A stretch of 64,000 nucleotides of DNA. Origin: Candidatus Heimdallarchaeum endolithica. Lineage in GTDB: Archaea; Asgardarchaeota; Heimdallarchaeia; Heimdallarchaeales; Heimdallarchaeaceae. The stretch spans positions 2,176,001-2,240,000 of the forward strand of contig CP084167.1 of assembly GCA_021513715.1 (NCBI GenBank), read 5' to 3'. Positions 20,937-28,790 of the stretch are shown here, in pieces. The notes beneath the pieces were generated by a model. The model did no database searches. It had not been told where the DNA came from and was given only the letters and a program-made list of their open reading frames with translations. Each line of letters starts with the position of its first letter. The first letter of the stretch is position 1. A program made the position numbers and the translations under genes.

Positions 20937-22601
20937 TTGCATGTAATGAAAAAAATTGTTAATAAAAATGCAAATTCAGATATCTTGAATCTTTTGCGTT
21001 GTTCTACTACTACAGAATTATTACATCTCCTTAAAAAGCAACAAGAACTGGATTTAGAAAAAAATAACTTAAAGAAAATAAGCAAATTAAAAGTAGATTC
21101 AATTACTAGAACGGAGTTAGAATCTCTTAAATTAGTCTTTATGATTTTTATAAATAAAACAATAAAAGAAATAGAAAACTCAATTTATAATAAAGTAGGA
21201 AAAAAGGAATTTGAAAAGAAGTACAAGCACTTTTTTAGAACAATTAATGAGATTGAAATAGAAGCTTTTGTTAGAATCATCTTATTTTTAGTAGGAATAA
21301 AAGAGGAAGTAGTTTTTGTTAATGATCCACGAGCATATGTTGAGAGATTTCATATAATTTATCTTCTGAGCACATTAACGGTAGGTTATATCGATGAATT
21401 AGTGGGAACAGCAGAAGAGACTCTATGTTTTGGTAAATTTGGAAAGAGGAAAAATAACGGATTTGATCAGTTACTCCTAGGGAGGGACACTTCAGGGAAA
21501 TATATAATTAAAACAATAAACTTGAAGTTTAACGGTTCAAATAACGTATATTTAAAACGTAAATCTAAACTTTTTGAAAAAATAAACACTGAAATAGATA
21601 GCCTAGATAAGGAGGTGAAGGGGAAGAAAGAAATAATAAGGATGTTATTAAGAAAAAGAAGAAGTTCTCTACACGATATTGGCTTAGATTTCCTAAGAAA
21701 AGAAAAAAACGGAGATCTAAAAGAAGCGCTAATAAAAAGTGGTTTAGATCTTGATACAATAAATCTTATCTTAAATGCAGCAATAAAACAACATCAACTT
21801 ATTTCTTTACTTGAAAATGGTTGGACATTTGAAGCAACAAAAAACCTTCAAGGATATTTAGTAGTTACAAACGATATAGTCAATTATATAGATCTAGTGA
21901 GTGAGAACAAATCTATAGTGAGAATTGAAGCAACTGATCTTCAACCAAGAATTAACCTTGATTTTATCGAGATTCCATCATTTGAAGAAAAAAATGAAAA
22001 TAAAAATATTTTCAAAAAAATAGATAATCTTCTTCTCACGAGACTGAAAAAGAGAAAATTTGTTTATAACCTAGAAAATAAATATAGTTTTATAGAGACA
22101 ATCATCAAGATTCAGGATGTTCTTTATAATATTATTACAAAAGAGGGGCTATTCAAGGATTTTGAAGTTTTAAGCAGCTATGAAACAAAACACCGTTTAG
22201 AATTTATTGGGTGCAAAGATGAGCTGTTTTACTATTACTCTTATTTAGAAAAATGGGCTTCTAGATATGCAATTAGAACTTACGACGAAATAGTTCTTAA
22301 TTTAATGCCAACAAATGAACGTTTCTCTTTAATAACAAAAATTTCTGAAAGTAAAAATATTGAAACAATTAACAATATTAAAAGTTTTACAGAGCAAATA
22401 TTCAAAGAAATAATAAAGAAAATAGAAAATGTGGATTTTACAAACCTTTCTTTAGAAGAAATAGAAAATATATTAGCCAATAATTCTTCAATAGCGAAAA
22501 AAGTTACAGAATTTTTCAAATTTAAAGAAGGAACTATAGATGGCAATTGGATAGGACATAAGATAACCGAAAAAAGAAACATGATTCTATTTTTTACGTA
22601 A
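20937..22601 (+). CDS. Hypothetical K/E/I-rich protein with a degenerate PD-(D/E)xK-like motif; possibly the 5' part of an interrupted gene
   Basis: 554-aa ORF; NNGFDQLLLG...YIIKTINLKF; its stop coincides with the left junction of the TnpB element. Confidence 0.55.
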   Translation: MHVMKKIVNKNANSDILNLLRCSTTTELLHLLKKQQELDLEKNNLKKISKLKVDSITRTELESLKLVFMIFINKTIKEIENSIYNKVGKKEFEKKYKHFFRTINEIEIEAFVRIILFLVGIKEEVVFVNDPRAYVERFHIIYLLSTLTVGYIDELVGTAEETLCFGKFGKRKNNGFDQLLLGRDTSGKYIIKTINLKFNGSNNVYLKRKSKLFEKINTEIDSLDKEVKGKKEIIRMLLRKRRSSLHDIGLDFLRKEKNGDLKEALIKSGLDLDTINLILNAAIKQHQLISLLENGWTFEATKNLQGYLVVTNDIVNYIDLVSENKSIVRIEATDLQPRINLDFIEIPSFEEKNENKNIFKKIDNLLLTRLKKRKFVYNLENKYSFIETIIKIQDVLYNIITKEGLFKDFEVLSSYETKHRLEFIGCKDELFYYYSYLEKWASRYAIRTYDEIVLNLMPTNERFSLITKISESKNIETINNIKSFTEQIFKEIIKKIENVDFTNLSLEEIENILANNSSIAKKVTEFFKFKEGTIDGNWIGHKITEKRNMILFFT

Positions 22602-22748
22602 TTTACAGTTGTTGAGGAAAAAGGAGAGAAAAAAGAGGAGAAAGGAGAGAGAGGAAGGAGAGGGGTTTTTATAGGGAAAAAAAGTAAAAGTAAGTAAGAA
22701 GAGAAGAAGAAAAAATAAACAGAAAAAGAAAAGAAGGAAGGAAAAAGA

Positions 22749-24200
22749 ATGGTGGAAGACGTCGTCAAAACCTTGAAAGTGAGAATAAAGAATGAGGTAT
22801 TGACGACGAGGAAGAAGGAAAGGTTATGGAGAATAACGGGGAGAGATACAAGGATAATAGAGAAGTATGTGAGAATTATTCACCACAACAGAAGAAAAAT
22901 ATGTACTAAAACTAAAAATGGGAAAATAAGAGTGCATAGAGGAAAATTAGATGAACTGACACTAACTACTTCAAAAGTTAAAGAAGAAGAGAGAAGAAAG
23001 ACTGTTCCTCACGATCTGAAGAGAATGTTCCCTTATTGTTCTCACAATGAGTTTCAAGAGTGTAGAGATATAGCCGTACAATTATATGAACAAGGGTATA
23101 GACCCAGTCCTACTCGTCCTCCAATAAAGAGAGCAAGAAGGCAACTAATTAATGGAAAAAGGTTCATCCTTATCCATCTGCCAAAAGAGAAGAATAACAC
23201 TCTCACTCGTTGGTGGGTGGGGATAAGAGACTCGTTAGATACGTGGAGAAGAAACACCCCCTATCATCAGAAACTATGGTTACCTTTAGAGATGAGCACT
23301 TTCCACCAGAAAGAGTTAAAGAAAGGGAGGGTGAAAAGTTTAGAACTAAGATATAAACGTTCTACACATGAATGGTGGGTGTATTTCCAACTAAGAGTAC
23401 TTCCTCCTTCTTTTTATCCTACTAAAGAAGATAATTCTTCTTCTCTTCCTTCAGCTGTGCTGGGAATAGATCTAGGGATAAACATTCCTGCTGCAGGAGT
23501 GTTACTGACCCCTAAAAAGAAGTTAACAAAAAAAGAGATAAAGTTCTGGTATAACAAACAGTGGAATAGAATCAATCATCGATATAAACTCAAACTTTCC
23601 CGTCTTCAGAGGAAAGCGGCTTTAAATGACCAGTCGGGTAAAAAACACCAGATTTACCGTTTTCTCGCTCTTCTTCGTCGGAGATATAAAAACGTTAAAC
23701 GGGCATATATTTACCAATTTATAAGCGACGTTGTGCAGACGATAGAAACTTATGCTCGAATGTATGACCTTTTCGTCGTCGTAGGTTACCCTAAACACAT
23801 TCGAGAGGAGAAAGGAAAAGGTAAAAGTACTCGTAATTTTCGTAGAAAACTTCACCAGTGGAATTTTTCTCTTGTTCTTACTCTTCTTCGTCGGGCATTG
23901 ATACTTCGAGGTTTTGACCCTCACCGGATATTGACGATAGAAGAAAGAGGAACATCCTCTCATTGTTCTCGTTGTGGAAGGAAAGTTATCCGTCCTGTTA
24001 GAGGTTTAGTCCATTGCTCCTCTTGCGGTTATACTTTCCACTCTGATCTCACAGGGGCAATGAACATCGCACGAAAGTTCCTTGGTGTTCTTTTCCGTCC
24101 TCAAGGAAACACTATCACTGATTACCTCACTGGTCAACGATTCAGTTCTACTCATTTCATTGTTTGCCTAGGGCTCAGCCATTGGTTGCAGCCCCAGTAG
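22749..24200 (+). CDS. tnpB: TnpB RNA-guided endonuclease with rearranged RuvC-II
   Basis: RuvC-I LGIDLG; RuvC-II position VVVGYP; IEERGTS then Zn finger CSRC...CSSC; RuvC-III HSDLTGAMNI. Confidence 0.92.
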   Translation: MVEDVVKTLKVRIKNEVLTTRKKERLWRITGRDTRIIEKYVRIIHHNRRKICTKTKNGKIRVHRGKLDELTLTTSKVKEEERRKTVPHDLKRMFPYCSHNEFQECRDIAVQLYEQGYRPSPTRPPIKRARRQLINGKRFILIHLPKEKNNTLTRWWVGIRDSLDTWRRNTPYHQKLWLPLEMSTFHQKELKKGRVKSLELRYKRSTHEWWVYFQLRVLPPSFYPTKEDNSSSLPSAVLGIDLGINIPAAGVLLTPKKKLTKKEIKFWYNKQWNRINHRYKLKLSRLQRKAALNDQSGKKHQIYRFLALLRRRYKNVKRAYIYQFISDVVQTIETYARMYDLFVVVGYPKHIREEKGKGKSTRNFRRKLHQWNFSLVLTLLRRALILRGFDPHRILTIEERGTSSHCSRCGRKVIRPVRGLVHCSSCGYTFHSDLTGAMNIARKFLGVLFRPQGNTITDYLTGQRFSSTHFIVCLGLSHWLQPQ

Positions 24201-24420
24201 ACAAAAAAAGAAGATAATTCTATTCTCTTTTAGAGTTAATTCTTTCTTTTTTGTCTCTCGTGGAGTGAAGAAAAGAACTTACAACTCTTTTCTTCTTTAT
24301 GATTCCCACGTTTCGTGTATGATGTCTGTTTCAACTCCTTTATAGTATTGTATGGCTTGGTTGATTTCAAGAGATTAAACTCCTTCAGTTTTTTCTCTTA
24401 CAAGACAGAGTGCGAAAAAC
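24199..24420 (+). ncRNA. Putative TnpB omegaRNA (reRNA) scaffold
   Basis: Three consecutive stem-loops (24199-24256, 24259-24310, 24311-24417) end just before the right junction. Confidence 0.55.
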
Positions 24421-24437
24421 TTTACGTAGAAAAGTAA

Positions 24438-25238
24438 ATCATATCAAAAGACACGTTTGTTATACTAGAAAACGAAAGGGGTGATCTTTTAAGAGTAAGC
24501 GAGAACAGAAAAAGCCCACTGATAACTTGCAAATTCAATTTTTTAAATGAATTGATAAAAAATGTTGATATAAGGAACTTTAGCCCTGTTCTGTTGCACG
24601 AACCAATGTATTTTAAGATAGATAAAAAAGGAAAACTTTTCGTAGACTTTGGTAACTCAAGAATGATAGAGAAAAGAGAAGCTTGGATAAAATATTTAAA
24701 AGAAAAGTACAATTTAAGTGAGGGAAAACTGTCTATTCTGAAAAAAAGAGCAGGGCTATCAACAGCAATAAAACAAGGAATGTCTATAAACGGAGTAAAT
24801 ATGCTGAAAGGAAAAGAAGAAGATATAGCTCTGATAATAGTGATTATGTGGGAATACCAACAAGTATGGAACAAAGTAGGAGAAAAATTCGTGGAATTGA
24901 TAAAAGAAAAAGGTTTTTCGAATGCCAGAAAAGAGAATGCCAGAAAAGAGAATGCCAGAAAAGAGAATGCCAGAAAAAAGAATGCAAAAAAAGAATATGA
25001 AGTGACTAATCAAAACAAGATAAGAGTGAAAGAAGGAAAAGAAAAAAGAGAATACAAAGTTAAACTGGTGGGAGAAAAAGAAAAAAAGCCAAACGTACAA
25101 AAGAAAAAAGTAAACTTACCAGAAGAAAACGAATTGGTAAAGAAATACTTGAAGAGATTAAGAGAAATAGCAGAGAGTGAAGTATTCAAAGGCAAAAAGG
25201 GGGAAATAATAACAATAATAAGAAAACTAAAAATGTAA
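24438..25238 (+). pseudogene. Probable 3' remnant of the gene interrupted by the TnpB element (ORF track 24552..25238)
   Basis: Frame is open upstream of the called TTG back to 24438; no clear SD or ATG; same K/E/I-rich composition as 20937..22601. Confidence 0.45.
24920..24994 (+). repeat. 15-bp in-frame tandem repeat (GAATGCCAGAAAAGA, ~5 copies; ENARK)
   Basis: Three exact and two degenerate copies read directly. Confidence 0.9.
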
Positions 25239-25334
25239 TGGCGACCCTGGGCGGATTCGAACCGTCGACCGCTGACTAGCTTCTCTCAACTGAGATTAGA
25301 AGGCCAGCGCTCTATCCTGCTGAGCTACAGGGTC
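25239..25334 (-). tRNA. tRNA-Arg(UCU) with 19-nt intron at 37/38 and encoded CCA
   Basis: Reverse complement GACCCTG..GCTC..GAGC..CTGGC CTTCTA[atctcagttgagagaagct]A GTCAG..TTCGAAT..CAGGGTC G CCA; canonical bulge-helix-bulge (CTTC/GAAG). Confidence 0.96.
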
Positions 25335-25513
25335 TTATTTTTCCTTTTGATTCTCTTTTTTACAATTCTATCTTAAACTTTTTTGTATTTGACTTAAGTC
25401 TTACTCTTCTACTTTTTCTACTCAATGTCCGTTTTTTACTTTTTCTGCTTTTGTATATTTTTTCCTTTTTTTTTATTCACTCTATCTTTATTTTCTTAAT
25501 GTTATTACTCTCT

Positions 25514-25565
25514 TTGATAGTGATAGTTGATAGCACTATTGATAGTGATAGATGTAATATGATAG
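25514..25565. repeat. Cluster of six TGATAG hexamers
   Basis: ttgatag tgatag ttgatag cacta ttgatag tgatag atgtaata tgatag. Confidence 0.7.
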
Positions 25566-25976
25566 CTAAAAAGAAAGTTAACTAAAGAGGAAAGGAATCT
25601 GTATCTAAAAATGAATAAACTAGCAGGAAAAGAAAAGAGTAAGCTAACAATGATATGTGCTTAAAGCTTATTAAGAAGATACAAAGAGAAAAAGAAAGAG
25701 AAAAAGAAAAAGAAAAAGAAAAAGAAGGAAGGAGAAAAGGTTATTCTATAAACAAACAACTTCAATCTAAAAAAGGTTCATCTAAAAAAATTAATATTTG
25801 AATACTCGGGTTGAATATGTTTCCCCAACACTTACTTCCTATTATAAGAGCAAAGGAATTAAACTTTTGAGGTTATAATTAAAAGCTCTTTTAATATGTC
25901 TTTTAAACGAATATTTGATAAGCTTTTTATATAAGTATATCGATAATTCTTTAGACTTACTAAAGGTGGATTTGAA

Positions 25977-26969
25977 GTGTATAAAAAAGAAACTTTTTTT
26001 GTAATCTTCATAACATTGACAATGTCTGTAATCCCAGCTTTTACTACTCCCACTGTTTCAGTGTTGGCTGTTAAAATGGATAATGATTTGTCAATTGATG
26101 CAGCGATTAGAACTCTCGAACAGAATACACCTGGTATTCATGTTGTTGAGTATGGGTCCTTCGAATATAATCTCCTTTTGTGGAGATCAATCAATCCCAC
26201 AATTTGGATATCACACGGTTCTGAGGAAGGATTTAAGCTAAATGGTGAAATATGTGACTGGTCAAATCTTGAAAAACCTATTAGAACTACTAAAAATAAA
26301 GATATTATCCTTTCTTGCCACTCAGATAGTCTAATTAAACAGACTTCTCTCACTGATAAGGATGTTATTACCTTTAATAGCGCTGTTGATGCTGAATTAG
26401 GTGCACTATTAGTTTCATACGCTCTTACTAATAACAATGGAATCATTAATAAAATTAAATCAAGGATTGAAACAGTTATTTACAGTCCTAAATCTTACAC
26501 TCCTTTGGCATTAAGTGGTATTGAACTTGGCTATTGGACAGTTATGACTATTGTAACTTTACTTATGATTTTACTTGATGTTTATATGGATCCCGAATGG
26601 AATATTATCCAACAAACTGCTATCAAACTTATTGTAATAGGAAAAGTAGGTATTATTACCACTCTATGCTGGCTAGCTCAAGGATGGATTAGCTTTACTA
26701 GTGCCATTGCTGATATGATCGGTTTTATTGTAGATGTGGTAGAATATTTAATACAATTTTTCTATGCTGCGAGTTGGTGGGAAAAACTAATTTATGGTGC
26801 ATGTATAATTGGAGGCTTGATTATATTAGCAGCGGAGCTTACAGCGACAGCAGGTCAATCTGCTTGGTGGAAATTATTTGCTGCTAGTGTTACTATTATA
26901 GCTTTAGCTGCAAATGTTGCTGCTGACTGGATAGATGGTGATGGTGGAAGATACGATATAGTAGGTTAA
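25977..26969 (+). CDS. Exported protein: caspase/CHAT-fold His-Cys domain plus hydrophobic multi-helix C-terminus
   Basis: Signal peptide; WISHGS (H80) and IILSCHS (C114); last ~150 aa are 4-5 Trp/Ala/Gly-rich hydrophobic helices. Confidence 0.6.
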   Translation: MYKKETFFVIFITLTMSVIPAFTTPTVSVLAVKMDNDLSIDAAIRTLEQNTPGIHVVEYGSFEYNLLLWRSINPTIWISHGSEEGFKLNGEICDWSNLEKPIRTTKNKDIILSCHSDSLIKQTSLTDKDVITFNSAVDAELGALLVSYALTNNNGIINKIKSRIETVIYSPKSYTPLALSGIELGYWTVMTIVTLLMILLDVYMDPEWNIIQQTAIKLIVIGKVGIITTLCWLAQGWISFTSAIADMIGFIVDVVEYLIQFFYAASWWEKLIYGACIIGGLIILAAELTATAGQSAWWKLFAASVTIIALAANVAADWIDGDGGRYDIVG

Positions 26970-26977
26970 TCCTTCTA

Positions 26978-27020
26978 TATTTTTCTTTTTCTTTTTCTTT
27001 TTCTTTTTCTTTTTTTTGTT
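26978..27020 (+). terminator. Oligo-T terminator made of (TTTTTC)n
   Basis: Long pyrimidine tract immediately after the stop of 25977..26969. Confidence 0.55.
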
Positions 27021-27064
27021 GGGTTCAGCAGCAAGAATTTATAAACAAAAATAAAAAGGTCTTT

Positions 27065-27913
27065 GTGATGAAGGAAGTCATTAGATTTAAACATTATTTT
27101 GGCTATGGTCGAACTAGATCTATCTTGAAAAAGAATAGTAGAGCTAAACTAATTTTTTTAATATTAAACATCATTCAATGTTTTTTCTACATCCTTATTA
27201 GCTTAAGTTGGTCTTATTTAAACATTTATTTCTTTCTCCTTACTGCTACTAAGTTAGTTGTCATTTACTCACTAGTCATGTTCCCTTTAGTTGTTTTTGT
27301 AGATAATAAAGAGGTCCTTCCTTTATGGAATATAAAGGAGAATAGGAAAAAAATAATTGAAGAAAAGATTCTATTTAACTTGGTTAACGCATTAAAGTTT
27401 TTTCTGCTTAATGTTGGAATAATTTTGATTTTGAAGTTTTCAGGTGTAATTGAGAAGTGGGATAAGACTAACCCTAGTATCACTGTTAGCTTTTATACAC
27501 CTAATGCTCTTGAAGCGATACTAATTGGTTTATTGGTTATTCTCTGTTTCTTTTCGATAATTATCATTAATTACTGGTTTTCACTGCGGTTTATTAGAAT
27601 AGAAGGTTTTGTAGAAGAAACGCAGTTGTTAAAACTAAATAAAAAGAAAATTCTAAGTGGGACTGTTCCTTTTCTGTGTCTCTTTTGGTTTGTTCTCTGG
27701 GGTCTACTTGACCAGGGGTTTATGCTAAATAAATTAAACCGAAATTTTGAAGGAGCAGAAAAAATGTTTGATTTTATTGTGAAAGCTAATTTCTGGGTTT
27801 TAATCTGGGAAATAAGCATCTTAATTATACTTTTTATTGCTCTTATGGCAGACGTAAAACGAATGAAAAGATTTGACATCCAAATTGCAACAAAAATGAT
27901 TATTCCTAAATAA
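27065..27913 (+). CDS. Six-TM integral membrane protein, unknown function
   Basis: Three pairs of hydrophobic helices separated by basic loops. Confidence 0.7.
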   Translation: MMKEVIRFKHYFGYGRTRSILKKNSRAKLIFLILNIIQCFFYILISLSWSYLNIYFFLLTATKLVVIYSLVMFPLVVFVDNKEVLPLWNIKENRKKIIEEKILFNLVNALKFFLLNVGIILILKFSGVIEKWDKTNPSITVSFYTPNALEAILIGLLVILCFFSIIIINYWFSLRFIRIEGFVEETQLLKLNKKKILSGTVPFLCLFWFVLWGLLDQGFMLNKLNRNFEGAEKMFDFIVKANFWVLIWEISILIILFIALMADVKRMKRFDIQIATKMIIPK

Positions 27914-28238
27914 AAAGATAAGTTTATAACGCTTGAAAAACTGTGCGAAGCAAGAGGAAAGAAAAATACAGAATTGTAATGGTGAGGGATTCTTGGGTAA
28001 AGTTGACAAAATCAAATTATAAATAATAGTAGCAAAAAGCAAAAATAATGTTACTAGCATAAAATATTAGAATAGAAATTGCACAGAAAATTAAAAGTGA
28101 GAGGAGGACCTAATTACTTTCCTCTTTTTTCACATTCACAATTATTATGCTTACGCTGATTATCTTTGCAGTACTTTTCTTCTGATGTATGTTTTCTCTC
28201 ATCAACTTAATTTTTGTACAATATTTTTGTACGCCAAT

Positions 28239-28444
28239 CTTGCTCTCGGAAAGATCTGTCTAGGAGGGAGATCTAAACACTCATTGAGCCAGAGGAGAAG
28301 GTTGAGCACTCCTCCACCGTGGAAACTGGATGAATAAATCCTCTCACACGGGAAAGTTAAGTCGTATTCAAATTTTCTTTGATTTCTTTCTTTATGCGAA
28401 TGTTTTTTTTTATCCTGACACGCCGTGCCAGCTTAGAGAGTAAG
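28239..28444 (+). ncRNA. Unidentified structured RNA (~205 nt)
   Basis: GC-enriched intergenic island with a closing stem CTTGCTCTC/GAGAGTAAG and five internal hairpins. Confidence 0.5.
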
Positions 28445-28664
28445 TATTTTTCTTAACATCTATCTTTTTTTTTCACTCTCTACATTAATAATGTCTTTTC
28501 ACTATTTAAACACCAATTTTTTAATTTGACAAAAATGTACAAAAAAGCTCTTCATGAAACCAATCGTACAAATATATAATAAAAAGAAAAGGTGAACCAA
28601 AACCTTATGACCCATCAATCATTAATATTTGAATCAATTTATAAAAAAGGAAAAACGGATTATT

Positions 28665-28732
28665 AAAAAGTCCAATGATAACAAGAACTCCAAGCAATGA
28701 AAAACAGAGAATAAAAACAGAGAATAAGAGGG
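28665..28732 (+). repeat. 68-bp direct repeat, copy 1
   Basis: 65/68 identical to 31421..31488; the first 46 bp are identical. Confidence 0.92.
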
Positions 28733-28790
28733 TGATATTATTTACGATAAAACGATTAGTTTTTTAGCCACCTAGTTATAATAATAATAG

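Larger units (their letters stand above)
22601..24420 (+). mobile_element. Non-autonomous TnpB-only insertion element (IS200/IS605/IS607-related)
   Basis: tnpB with a purine-rich left end and hairpin-rich right end; bracketed by TTTACGTA at 22593-22600 and 24421-24428; no tnpA. Confidence 0.75.

Noticed and set aside
20450-20940. att duplicate of the tRNA-Arg 3' end delimiting an island at 20.9-25.2 kb
   Set aside because: No copy of the tRNA 3' sequence was found by eye here or elsewhere in the window.
22749-24200. Cas12f / type V CRISPR effector
   Set aside because: No array or cas1/cas2 nearby; the context is an insertion element.
28239-28444. RNase P RNA, SRP RNA, retron msr-msd or known riboswitch
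   Set aside because: Lacks the conserved GAGGAAAGUCC and SRP helix-8 signatures, and there is no reverse transcriptase in the window; kept as an unidentified RNA.
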